This document shows, piece by piece, positions 6,914 through 15,540 of a stretch of DNA of 64,000 nt. The position numbers and the translations under genes were made by a program. The notes under the pieces were generated by a model. It had not been told where the DNA came from. It searched no databases and saw only the letters and a list, made by a program, of their open reading frames with translations. The stretch comes from a virus. Positions within the stretch are counted from its first letter, which is position 1. Each line of letters begins with the position of its first letter. The stretch lies in the UHGV virus genome UHGV-0286546; one strand, 5' to 3'.

Positions 6914-7390
6914 ATGCCTAGAATTATAAAACATACAGATAAAGTTTTAGTAGAACGCTGTGAAAGTTATTGGTTAAGTCTACGACATGTAAATAGTTAT
7001 TTACCAGGGATAGAAATTTTTAAAAATCCGTCAAAGTCTGATCTTTTAAAAATGTTAAGACAAACATCTACAATACGAGGATTTGCTGATCACGAAGATG
7101 TAATTGTATGGAATGGAGAAGAAGAAATTCATGGTACAATCGAAAAGGCAATACGACAAAAGTATGGTGATGATACTTTTTCAGACGGTAAGCATAGGAT
7201 AGCAAGATTTCAAGTATTTAGAGATAAAAATAACCTTTTAGGATTTGAAGACAATGAGGGTCCCGATACAGATGAGGTAACGAATGAGTTAAAACAAACA
7301 CTTTTGGGTAACCCAAATTTCACTAAACTCTTTTCGAAAGAAGAAATACTAAATGCACAATCTCATCACATTATAGACGATGAAGAATAA
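6914..7390 (+). CDS. hypothetical protein; paralog of 10557..11102 and 47718..48302 (NPSK...IRGFAD...DVIVWNG domain) lacking the shared N-terminal leader
   Basis: Shared motifs ERCES, NPSK, TIRGFADHEDVIVWNG, KQTLLGNPNFTKLFSKEEILNAQSH. Confidence 0.6.
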   Translation: MPRIIKHTDKVLVERCESYWLSLRHVNSYLPGIEIFKNPSKSDLLKMLRQTSTIRGFADHEDVIVWNGEEEIHGTIEKAIRQKYGDDTFSDGKHRIARFQVFRDKNNLLGFEDNEGPDTDEVTNELKQTLLGNPNFTKLFSKEEILNAQSHHIIDDEE

Positions 7391-7452
7391 ATAAAATTGT
7401 TTTACTTTTATTAAAAATAATATATATTTATTTTAAATAGCTTTGCATTAGA

Positions 7453-7529
7453 GGATTCTTAGCTCAATTGGATAGAGCAATAGCCTTCTAAGCTATGGGT
7501 TGCAAGTTCGAATCTTGCAGAATCCGCCA
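7453..7529 (+). tRNA. tRNA-Arg (UCU)
   Basis: Acceptor GGATTCT/AGAATCC, anticodon stem ATAGC/GCTAT loop CTTCTAA, T arm TGCAA-GTTCGAATC-TTGCA, G+CCA then T7 run. Confidence 0.85.
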
Positions 7530-7548
7530 TTTTTTTATTATTTTCTGT

Positions 7549-7580
7549 TTTACATTTTTTAATTATGGTGTATTTTATTA
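7549..7580 (+). promoter_or_regulatory. sigma70-like promoter GTTTTACA-N17-TATTTT
   Basis: -35 TTTACA at 7549; -10-like TATTTT. Confidence 0.35.
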
Positions 7581-7589
7581 ATATCTGTT

Positions 7590-7830
7590 ATGGCGGAAGT
7601 ATAGACGCTAGATGGAGTGTGGAGAGAGGAAGTGAATCCGGAATAGCTTACCTCGCAGATGAAAAGAATACGGCCGAAAGCGGTGAATAATCGCAATCGG
7701 AGAAACCGTAGAACGGAGGCTCAGACGGGATGCAAACTAACCAATTAAGTCACAATTCGCGAAGTGATGTCATCGAGCCCAAAACAAAGACCACACGTTC
7801 TAAAGGGTTGGTATTTTCTTAATAGTATAT
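7590..7830. ncRNA. candidate structured ncRNA (GC-rich ORF-free island)
   Basis: ~240 nt with GC clearly above genome background, no ORF, downstream of promoter-like element and tRNA-Arg; analogous position to T4 small stable RNAs. Confidence 0.3.
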
Positions 7831-7887
7831 CATGGCTTTAGATAACAGATATTAACAAAGTATATAGTGAAAGGAATGAATAAATAG

Positions 7888-8295
7888 ATGTTGGAAAAAA
7901 TAAAAGAAAAAATTAAAGATTGGTGGTTTTCTAGAGATAGTATTTTTAATTTTTATTTCTCAATATCTTCATCTGGTATTTTTATAAATTTTACTATATT
8001 AGATTACGGTATAGATTTAGATATCACTATTCCGTGTATTCTTCCTAGCTTCTATATTAAAACCTTTTATGAAAAAGAACAAGAAATCTTTACAAATAAA
8101 TTTTGGGGTGAACAGTTTACATTTGTTTCTGATTTGCGTACAGAATTTGGTACAGGTTGGTTTGTTAATCAAGATCATGCTGGTTTTAGTGCTCAAGCGT
8201 CAATTTTAGGTTTTAATTATAGTTATGAATTGAGAGATACAAGGCATTGGGATTACTTTAAAAATTGCTGGAAGAGCTGTTCAGAAGATAAATAA
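7888..8295 (+). CDS. hypothetical protein
   Basis: ORF with SD gaaaggaatg. Confidence 0.5.
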   Translation: MLEKIKEKIKDWWFSRDSIFNFYFSISSSGIFINFTILDYGIDLDITIPCILPSFYIKTFYEKEQEIFTNKFWGEQFTFVSDLRTEFGTGWFVNQDHAGFSAQASILGFNYSYELRDTRHWDYFKNCWKSCSEDK

Positions 8296-8350
8296 ATAAG
8301 ACATTCTAAAGTTCTAAGTATATATTTGGTATATTTAGGACTTTTTATTT

Positions 8351-9106
8351 ATGAGTAGATTCAGAACAATTGTAGAAAATATCATAAAAACTTTTACAGA
8401 AGACGCGTTCTCAGACAGAGATAGATATAAAGAGGCAATTGATGTATATCTTAATGTATTAGATAAAATGGAACCGTCTCTAAATACAGATAAAATTATT
8501 ACAGATAGCGCAGAATGTGTCAGTTTACAAGTAGATACACCTCATGGTCCTCTAATTGTTAGTGTTTCTCTAGATAAAGATGTACATAATGCCGGTGTAT
8601 ATTATCCAGAATACAACGCTATTGAACTTAACATACACGGTATAATGGATTTGAGTGATGAAACTATAAACATGACAGATCCGATTACCGGTGAAGAAAA
8701 TGTTACAGGTATAAATGCTAAATACTTATATAAAATTTTATCTTCTCGTGCCGTTCAAGATACATTTATTCACGAATATACCCATTTTATAGATGATAAA
8801 ACAAAGTACTCCATGAAAAAGCAAGCAGATACATATAAAAATATAGATTATTTCAATAAACCTTACGAAAGAAATGCGTTTTATATTGCTTGGTTAAATA
8901 AAATCGTTTCATATACCTATAAAAAATATGGTAAAATAATGAAAGAGTTGACACCAGATGAACGATTAAATTTTTTAAGAAATGCTTGGAAAGAAGACGA
9001 AGAATTTGTAGAATATTATAATAAACTTGAACCTGCTGCAAAGAAAAGATTTATGTCAAGATTATATAATTATTTTAGTACTGATTTCTGGTCGGATGCT
9101 GCATAA
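8351..9106 (+). CDS. leader-family protein 1 (MSRFRTIVEN...), putative zinc metallopeptidase (HEYTH)
   Basis: Conserved N-terminal leader; HExxH motif TFIHEYTHFID. Confidence 0.65.
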   Translation: MSRFRTIVENIIKTFTEDAFSDRDRYKEAIDVYLNVLDKMEPSLNTDKIITDSAECVSLQVDTPHGPLIVSVSLDKDVHNAGVYYPEYNAIELNIHGIMDLSDETINMTDPITGEENVTGINAKYLYKILSSRAVQDTFIHEYTHFIDDKTKYSMKKQADTYKNIDYFNKPYERNAFYIAWLNKIVSYTYKKYGKIMKELTPDERLNFLRNAWKEDEEFVEYYNKLEPAAKKRFMSRLYNYFSTDFWSDAA

Positions 9107-9123
9107 CAAAAGGTAGATTTAAA

Positions 9124-9708
9124 ATGAGTAAAATAAGAACAATTATTGAAAATATCCTTTATGAAGGTGATAAAAAAATATTTGATAAAGAATCTGGATA
9201 CAATAGCTCTAAAGATGAGTTATATATTTATGATTTACTTAAAAAGAAATGGCCAGATGTTAAAATGAGCTATACCAGAGATGATTTTATTAATCCAGAA
9301 ACTCATCGTCATTTTCAATTAGATTTTTACGTACCTTCTGAAAATATGGGAATACAGGTAAATAAACATTGGAAACACGGTAGAAGAGTATATGATCCAT
9401 CTGATCCAAATTGTCAAAAAGATGTTCGTTGGTTAAAAAATAAAGGTGGAGATTTTTATAACAAAGTTTTGCATACCTGGACCGAATTAGATCCTATTAA
9501 ACGAGAAGTTGCAAAGCAAATAGGTATGAAATACGTAGAAATCTTTAATTTAGACGAATTTAATACTTGGTACAATAATCCAGAATTAACATACGAAGAA
9601 TATAAACAGGCTCCAGATTCTTTACAATACGACAGTGATGAATATTTTGCTGCAAAAGCTAATAATCGTGATATTTATGGTAATGATTCCGATCCGTTAG
9701 GTGCATAA
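9124..9708 (+). CDS. leader-family protein 2 (MSKIRTIIEN...); possible Vsr/DUF559-like nuclease fold
   Basis: Leader; segment FQLDFYVPSENMGIQVN resembles DUF559 core. Confidence 0.55.
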   Translation: MSKIRTIIENILYEGDKKIFDKESGYNSSKDELYIYDLLKKKWPDVKMSYTRDDFINPETHRHFQLDFYVPSENMGIQVNKHWKHGRRVYDPSDPNCQKDVRWLKNKGGDFYNKVLHTWTELDPIKREVAKQIGMKYVEIFNLDEFNTWYNNPELTYEEYKQAPDSLQYDSDEYFAAKANNRDIYGNDSDPLGA

Positions 9709-9774
9709 TTACGGTTTTACTTTTATTTTAATATAAATTATTATATATAAAATTTAAAATAGATAGGTATAAGA

Positions 9775-10530
9775 ATGAGTAAGTTTAAAACCATCGTAGA
9801 AAATGCATTATATGAAGTTGGAGCATTGCCTTTTCCAAAAAATATTCAAGTATATGCTAAAAAAGAAAAAGTAAATTTATTTGAAATTAAATATTTACGA
9901 AAAGATGGTAAATTGGATGAACCAGGTGGAATTTGTTATGCTAAAACTGGAATTTGGAAAGATATCCGTGAAAATGAAAATGCTTTTATACGCACGCAAT
10001 TAGATGAAAAATTTAGACCAGATCAAGGCAATTTTAGTAAATATCGTGGTGGTATGATTGTATTTGCTCTGAGTGTCAATACTGTCATTGATAAATTGAA
10101 TTATAATCAATTAGTTGCAGAAATTAAAAAGATTTGGTATACCTTAATAAACAATACCTTTAAAAATAAAATGATTAAAGGTGTAGTTAATTCTATGAAA
10201 AATACTTATGCTAACATTGAAGATGCAGAGATCGGAGGTATTACAATAGGTAATAACTTTAAAGGCATGTATTTTGATGGTAATAAAGTATATAATGATA
10301 AATCAACGAGTTTAGAAATAAATGACATTTCTAGTGAGATGTTGTTATTACTAGCTATTGAAATTTGTAAAGCATTTCGTCAAGATAGCGTTTTAATCAA
10401 AGATTTCAATAAAAATAAATTCTTTTTGTGTGATTCTGAAGAAGTAGAAGGCGAAATTCCAGAAGAAAAAATAAAAAACGCTTCTAAAGACTTAGCAAAC
10501 TTAAAGAATGTAAATACAAAAACAAAATAA
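9775..10530 (+). CDS. leader-family protein 3 (MSKFKTIVEN...)
   Basis: Leader conserved at protein and nucleotide level. Confidence 0.6.
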   Translation: MSKFKTIVENALYEVGALPFPKNIQVYAKKEKVNLFEIKYLRKDGKLDEPGGICYAKTGIWKDIRENENAFIRTQLDEKFRPDQGNFSKYRGGMIVFALSVNTVIDKLNYNQLVAEIKKIWYTLINNTFKNKMIKGVVNSMKNTYANIEDAEIGGITIGNNFKGMYFDGNKVYNDKSTSLEINDISSEMLLLLAIEICKAFRQDSVLIKDFNKNKFFLCDSEEVEGEIPEEKIKNASKDLANLKNVNTKTK

Positions 10531-10556
10531 TGTATGATTTAGCAGAAAGTATAATT

Positions 10557-11102
10557 ATGAGTAGATTTAGAACAATTGTTGAAAATGCTATTGCCAAAGT
10601 AAATAAAAAACTTTTAAAAGAACGTTGTGAATCGCTTTTTATAGCACCAATGAGTCTACATAATGATGAGCGAGAAGTAGTAGAAGTACTTTATAATCCT
10701 TCGAAAGCAGAATTCAATAGAGCATTTAGAGAATGGGGTACTATACGAGGACTTGCTGACAATGAAGATGTAATTATTTGGGATGGATATAAAGCTGTTC
10801 ATGATTCAGTAAAAGAACAATTAGAAAAACAGTATGGTGCAACCTTTCCAACTAATTACGGGACATTATGCAGATTTGAAACAACACGCGAATATCCATT
10901 AATGCTCGAAGATGATACAAAACAGTATAGTCATGGTAAAGAATTAGATCCAGTAAAGCAAACCTTATTTAAAAATCCTAACTTTACACGATTATTTTCA
11001 GAAGAGGAAATACTAAATGCTGATTCTCATAATTTTGCTAATGGAGAATTCGGTGAGTTTCAAAATGATCCAGAAATATTAAAAAAGTTTGGATATGATT
11101 AA
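10557..11102 (+). CDS. leader-family protein 4 (MSRFRTIVEN...), NPSK/IRGLAD domain paralog of 6914..7390
   Basis: ATG 10557 after listed upstream extension; paralogy motifs. Confidence 0.6.
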   Translation: MSRFRTIVENAIAKVNKKLLKERCESLFIAPMSLHNDEREVVEVLYNPSKAEFNRAFREWGTIRGLADNEDVIIWDGYKAVHDSVKEQLEKQYGATFPTNYGTLCRFETTREYPLMLEDDTKQYSHGKELDPVKQTLFKNPNFTRLFSEEEILNADSHNFANGEFGEFQNDPEILKKFGYD

Positions 11103-11190
11103 AAATTGCTTTACAGATATAAAATTTTATGATATTGTATAAATATAAAATAAAAAAGAGAGTTCTATAAATTATGATTAATACGAATAT
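11101..11190 (+). promoter_or_regulatory. conserved promoter cassette TTGCTTTACA-N17-TATTGT plus leader (copy 2 of 2)
   Basis: ~80% identical to 5641-5730; followed by 21-codon ORF (11174-11239) and terminator. Confidence 0.45.
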
Positions 11191-11275
11191 TTTACATTGT
11201 TGGTGTCATCATTTACTTCACAGAGGTGTTGATGCTTAGTTATACGTGTTAATTCATAAAATTATTAGTTTCAAG

Positions 11276-11309
11276 CCTCTAGGATAATTACTTTCTAGAG
11301 GTTTTTTTA
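11276..11309 (+). terminator. rho-independent terminator
   Basis: cctctag-loop-ctagagg then T8. Confidence 0.6.
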
Positions 11310-11313
11310 TTAT

Positions 11314-11387
11314 GGACTGTTGGTAGAGTGGTTATACGTTAGTCTGCAAAACTAATTACACAAGTTCGAATCTTGTACAGTCCTCCA
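11314..11387 (+). tRNA. tRNA-Cys (GCA)
   Basis: Acceptor GGACTGT/ACAGTCC, anticodon stem TTAGT/ACTAA loop CTGCAAA, T arm ACAAG-TTCGAAT-CTTGT, T+CCA. Confidence 0.8.
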
Positions 11388-11430
11388 ATTTTACGCATAG
11401 AAGTATATATCAATAAAATGGTCTATTCTT

Positions 11431-11506
11431 GTGTGCGTAGCTTAATTGGTAAAGCGTCGGTTTGTGGTACCGAAGGATACGAGTTCGAATCTCGCTGCTC
11501 ACCCCA
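11431..11506 (+). tRNA. tRNA-His (GUG); no encoded G-1, one U-U mismatch in acceptor
   Basis: Anticodon stem TCGGT/ACCGA loop TTGTGGT, D arm GCTT-AATTGGTA-AAGC, discriminator C + CCA. Confidence 0.7.
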
Positions 11507-11512
11507 CTTTAT

Positions 11513-11586
11513 AGGGACTTAGTTTAATGGTAAAACACTAGTCTCCAAAACTAGATATAGGAGTTCGATTCTCTTAGTCCTTGCCA
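11513..11586 (+). tRNA. tRNA-Trp (CCA)
   Basis: Acceptor AGGGACT/AGTCCTT, D arm GTTT-AATGGTA-AAAC, anticodon stem CTAGT/ACTAG loop CTCCAAA, T-loop TTCGATT, G+CCA. Confidence 0.8.
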
Positions 11587-11589
11587 ATT

Positions 11590-11940
11590 CTAACGATATT
11601 TAAAGTATAATGTATCTGCTTCATATCTTATTCTGTTATAACGTATTATATTTTTTACATCTTCTATATCAGAGTCTGGAACAGTAAACCATTCACCACG
11701 CATTTTATAATTTTTACGACGTAATTCTCTATGTATTAATCTTTCGATTTTAAGTAAATGATTTCTTTCACATTCAAATTCTTCAGTAAACAATAACACC
11801 AAATCATTCGGATGTCCGGTTTGTAATTCTTTTATTCTTTTATTAGGATCTTTAGATATACCTACTTTTATATGACCGTTATTATCTCCAATCATATACA
11901 TATAATCTAAAGGTTGTATTTCATCATTTATTATTTGCAT
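11590..11940 (-). CDS. GIY-YIG-like (T5orf172/MUG113-type) nuclease
   Basis: GHIKVGISKDPNKRIKELQTG motif typical of T5orf172 GIY-YIG variant; adjacent to tRNA cluster. Confidence 0.65.
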   Translation of the reverse strand: MQIINDEIQPLDYMYMIGDNNGHIKVGISKDPNKRIKELQTGHPNDLVLLFTEEFECERNHLLKIERLIHRELRRKNYKMRGEWFTVPDSDIEDVKNIIRYNRIRYEADTLYFKYR

Positions 11941-11995
11941 ACTTATTAGAATACTTAATCTCTACAAAATAACAAAATAAATTTCAATTAACGGT

Positions 11996-12024
11996 TTTAC
12001 ATATATAGTCAACAATAGTAAAAT
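11996..12024 (+). promoter_or_regulatory. sigma70-like promoter TTTACA-N17-TAAAAT
   Basis: Upstream of J-domain gene. Confidence 0.45.
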
Positions 12025-12050
12025 GTAATTATAGATAAAAGGAAAATGTC

Positions 12051-12842
12051 ATGGTTAAAAACTATTACGAAATATTAGAAGTACATAAATTTGCTTCAGA
12101 TACTGAAATTAAGCGTGCTTTTTACAAGTTAGCTAAAAAGTATCATCCTGACATTAACCCTAAAACAGCAAACTTATTTAAAGAAATTAATGAAGCTTAT
12201 CATGTTTTAATTGATCCTAAACTAAGACGTGAATATAATAACAGCTTAAATACAGAAGTTCCGTTCACTTTAAACGAAGATATTTTTAAATCCTCTGAAA
12301 ACGATTCATTAGTAGATATTCTTAATAATGTAACCAAACAAACAGAAGACCTGAATAAAGAATTAGAAGAACTTATAAACTCTTTTGATTACTTTGAAGA
12401 TGGACAATACTACTATAATCCAGAAAAAGAAAGTATCTTTAGAATTATAGATGAATTTAAAACATTTAGATTTGAAAACGCTGTTGCTGCCATATGGAAT
12501 AGAAATGCAATTAGTATCTTCGGCGCGGCATTTGTTTTCCTGCTGAGTTTTATTTGTATTTTGTTTACTAAACCATTTAAACTCTATAAACATCTTACTT
12601 ATAAAAAACGTAACTTTGCTTGGTTAAATCATATTTCCAGATTAACTAAAGAAAATAAATTGTTTTTTACATTGTGCTGGACTATTATCTTAAATATTTT
12701 TAGCGTAAGTAGGCTAATTTATAATATTTTATATTCTACTGTATGGATTTTCAGTAAGATTTTAAAATACTTCTTGATTCCAGCCGCTATTATATTTGCT
12801 GCCACATTTAGAGTTGCTTTCTATAATCCAACAAGAAGATAG
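12051..12842 (+). CDS. J-domain (DnaJ-like) protein with C-terminal hydrophobic segments
   Basis: YYEILEV...[15 protein letters not shown] (HPD motif); C-terminal half with 2-3 predicted TM helices. Confidence 0.8.
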   Translation: MVKNYYEILEVHKFASDTEIKRAFYKLAKKYHPDINPKTANLFKEINEAYHVLIDPKLRREYNNSLNTEVPFTLNEDIFKSSENDSLVDILNNVTKQTEDLNKELEELINSFDYFEDGQYYYNPEKESIFRIIDEFKTFRFENAVAAIWNRNAISIFGAAFVFLLSFICILFTKPFKLYKHLTYKKRNFAWLNHISRLTKENKLFFTLCWTIILNIFSVSRLIYNILYSTVWIFSKILKYFLIPAAIIFAATFRVAFYNPTRR

Positions 12843-12856
12843 CAGAGAAGTTTAAA

Positions 12857-13189
12857 TTAATTTCTTTCCCAAATACCTAAAACAATCATTTGGCCAACTA
12901 AGACTTCAAAATCAACAGTTGGCTTTATTTTTATTTTCACTTTATATCCCAGATCAGAGGCTTCTATATGTGGTTTCAACATAGTCAGTTCCATTTCAAA
13001 TGAATCACACAAATCTGAATTAATTTGATTCATAATATCAACTAAAAGCTGTTGCTGACACATTATTTTAAAATTTAATGCTTCGTCTTCTAAATACGGT
13101 AATCGATCACAATAATACATATCGTGAAAGTAGGTATTCGTAATACATTTAAAAATCTTACTAATTAATAACTCTCTATTGAATTTCAT
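12857..13189 (-). CDS. hypothetical protein
   Basis: ORF in 3-gene minus-strand operon with overlapping start/stop. Confidence 0.5.
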   Translation of the reverse strand: MKFNRELLISKIFKCITNTYFHDMYYCDRLPYLEDEALNFKIMCQQQLLVDIMNQINSDLCDSFEMELTMLKPHIEASDLGYKVKIKIKPTVDFEVLVGQMIVLGIWERN

Positions 13190-13512
13190 AAAGCCATCTC
13201 ATATAGTCTATTGGTTATGCGTAATGTTGCAACTATTAATTCACTGTAGGTTTCGTCTAATACCTTTACATTTATACGAATATTAATTACTTTTGGACGT
13301 ACACGTACTAATGTATAATCAATTTGTAAGAACCCTTCGAATTCTTTTTTAATTTTCTTTATATTATCTAGAAAATCCGATTTATATGGACAAATAATAG
13401 TACATATACCTAATTCATTGTTAGAATTCATTGTCACTCGATAACCAGACATCTTAAAACACTTATGAACTAAGCTATAAAAAATTGCTCTATTATAATC
13501 TTCTATAACCAT
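13186..13512 (-). CDS. hypothetical protein
   Basis: ORF, overlaps neighbours by 4 and 10 nt. Confidence 0.5.
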   Translation of the reverse strand: MVIEDYNRAIFYSLVHKCFKMSGYRVTMNSNNELGICTIICPYKSDFLDNIKKIKKEFEGFLQIDYTLVRVRPKVINIRINVKVLDETYSELIVATLRITNRLYEMAL

Positions 13513-13961
13513 GTCTTCATCTCTTGTTCAAATTTTAAGATGTGTGTATTCTTATGATACCCTTTGATCTTTAACAGCGTCATGAAATCTTCTATTTCAT
13601 CAGTATACTCATCGCTAACGCATATCCATAATTCATTCCTTAGCTTTCCGGGCCACGTTGTAATCATATCCTGAGCATATATATGATATGGTTCTGTTTT
13701 TTTAGTAAAATAAAGATATTCGTGTAACAACTTATATTCTCGACTAAATTTATGAATCATATCAATTTCCTCAGAATCTATATTCCCTTGTAAATTAAAT
13801 AAAACATTACAATAAGTTACTCCATCTGTTATTGAATACTCTTGATTGATTAAATATATAGGCAAACCAATATGATTTTTTGCCATTTCTTTTGTCAAAA
13901 TATCAAATATAAAACCTAACTTTTCATCTATAATATCTCTACTATTCATACTGGACTCCAA
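13503..13961 (-). CDS. hypothetical protein
   Basis: ORF, first gene of minus-strand trio. Confidence 0.5.
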   Translation of the reverse strand: MESSMNSRDIIDEKLGFIFDILTKEMAKNHIGLPIYLINQEYSITDGVTYCNVLFNLQGNIDSEEIDMIHKFSREYKLLHEYLYFTKKTEPYHIYAQDMITTWPGKLRNELWICVSDEYTDEIEDFMTLLKIKGYHKNTHILKFEQEMKTWL

Positions 13962-14067
13962 AGATTATTATAATTATAAAGAATTGTACCATAGTCTTAA
14001 TAGAAAAGTAAAACATTATTATTCTATTATGTGATATTAATTTAAATAAACAAGGATATAACTCACA

Positions 14068-14370
14068 ATGATTAAAACATTAAATGAAGAAACTTATGAG
14101 TATGAAGATATATCATTGGAAGAATTACATTGGCGCGTACATAATAGCATGGACCGTTCAGATAACTTTAATTACGGTGAATATGAAGATTTAGAAAAAC
14201 CAACTAATGATTATGATATAGAAGATTTTACTGAAAATCCTTATGACTATGGATCACAAGAATATCTGACTACTATGGAAAAACTAAAGGCACAGCGAGA
14301 CAAATACAGAGAAAGTAAAGAAAACTCTAAAAATTTATACCTGCAAAATTGTAAAAAATATTCCAGATAA
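14068..14370 (+). CDS. hypothetical acidic protein
   Basis: ORF with SD caaggatataac. Confidence 0.5.
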   Translation: MIKTLNEETYEYEDISLEELHWRVHNSMDRSDNFNYGEYEDLEKPTNDYDIEDFTENPYDYGSQEYLTTMEKLKAQRDKYRESKENSKNLYLQNCKKYSR

Positions 14371-14376
14371 AAAGGT

Positions 14377-14408
14377 TTTACATTATACCATATATTAAAT
14401 ATAATAAA
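14377..14408 (+). promoter_or_regulatory. sigma70-like promoter GGTTTTACA-N17-TATAAT
   Basis: Consensus -35/-10. Confidence 0.45.
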
Positions 14409-14431
14409 CTCATGATAACAAAGGATATAAC

Positions 14432-14761
14432 ATGTATAACCAACAAAAAGTAAATAATTTTAAAACACTATTGAGAATAAAATACCCAACGCCTCTTGCT
14501 GATGGAAACGAAGCACAAAAGTTGGCCTGGCGTATCTTTAATCATTTAACTACAACATATAATCCTAAAATAGAAGCATTAGATACGTATGACTCTCCAA
14601 AAACGCATTATATATTATTTATAGGTAACAAACGTATAGATGTTGAATTATCCTCATCTGCTTTTTATGTTAAAGATGTACCACTTTGGACAGTAGATGA
14701 AAAAGAAACTTATCTAAACAGTACATTTATAAATTACTTGCTAAATGAAAATTTAATATAA
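14432..14761 (+). CDS. hypothetical protein
   Basis: ORF with SD aaaggatataac. Confidence 0.5.
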   Translation: MYNQQKVNNFKTLLRIKYPTPLADGNEAQKLAWRIFNHLTTTYNPKIEALDTYDSPKTHYILFIGNKRIDVELSSSAFYVKDVPLWTVDEKETYLNSTFINYLLNENLI

Positions 14762-14775
14762 AAGGAAGATAAATC

Positions 14776-15075
14776 ATGGGAACTAATTACTACTTACACA
14801 CTGACTTCTGTCCTTGCTGTGGAAAACCTAAAAAAGAAATTCACCTGGGTAAGTCTTCCTTCGGTTGGAAATTCTTAATTCATAAAACAAAGAAAACTTC
14901 TAATTATAAAGATTTTTGTAATTTTTTAAAAACAGGAATAATTAAAGACGAATACGGTGAAGAATGGACAACAGAAGATTTTCTAGATTTAGTAAACGCA
15001 CATCAAAACGATAAAACTGATAAAGACTGCGAAATTATTGACGGATATGCTTTTTTAGATTGTGATTTTACTTAA
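14776..15075 (+). CDS. hypothetical protein (CPCC motif)
   Basis: ORF with SD aaaggaag. Confidence 0.5.
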   Translation: MGTNYYLHTDFCPCCGKPKKEIHLGKSSFGWKFLIHKTKKTSNYKDFCNFLKTGIIKDEYGEEWTTEDFLDLVNAHQNDKTDKDCEIIDGYAFLDCDFT

Positions 15076-15087
15076 AGGAATAACGTA

Positions 15088-15540
15088 ATGAAAATATTTG
15101 GATACAACATTTTAAAAGATTCCGAACTTGAAAGAATTAAAAAAGACCATTGGGAAGATTTTAAAAAATATCTTAAAATAAAAAAGCTTTGGCATATTGA
15201 CTATCACTGGGAAAAGAAACCTAAGTGTTCTGCTTGTGATGAAAAAAGAAAACTAACCATACAAATGCCTGATGGTAGCACAACAAAAATTTCTTGCTCT
15301 TGTGATAAAACTATAACAATAATGGAAGTAGCCCCACTCGATAAGGAATTACCTATTATCGCTGTTAAAGGAGAAATCGTATATATGGCTGATGGGTTTA
15401 GTGAATGGAGTGTTAGTGGCAGAATTATATTCAAACAATCAGAATTATATACCACAGAAGAACATTTAGATAGATGTTTCTTTACTTCAAAGAAATTAGC
15501 TGAGCAGGCTTTAAAAATTATAAAGGAAAATGAAAAGTGA
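15088..15540 (+). CDS. hypothetical zinc-binding protein (CSAC...CSCD)
   Basis: ORF with SD aaaggaataac. Confidence 0.5.
   Translation: MKIFGYNILKDSELERIKKDHWEDFKKYLKIKKLWHIDYHWEKKPKCSACDEKRKLTIQMPDGSTTKISCSCDKTITIMEVAPLDKELPIIAVKGEIVYMADGFSEWSVSGRIIFKQSELYTTEEHLDRCFFTSKKLAEQALKIIKENEK

Noticed and set aside
7590-7830. Possible tmRNA-like gene (internal frame gcagatgaaaagaatacggccgaaagcggtgaataa reads ADEKNTAESGE*)
   Set aside because: No tRNA-like acceptor/T-arm ends or CCA, and the putative tag does not end in the hydrophobic ALAA-type C-terminus; kept only as generic ncRNA candidate.
10557-11102. Considered annotating the NPSK..IRGxAD paralogs as Alt-like ADP-ribosyltransferases (R / S-T-S / E-x-E)
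   Set aside because: Candidate R, TFS and EDNE residues exist but spacing and context cannot be validated by eye; left as hypothesis inside the leader-family finding.
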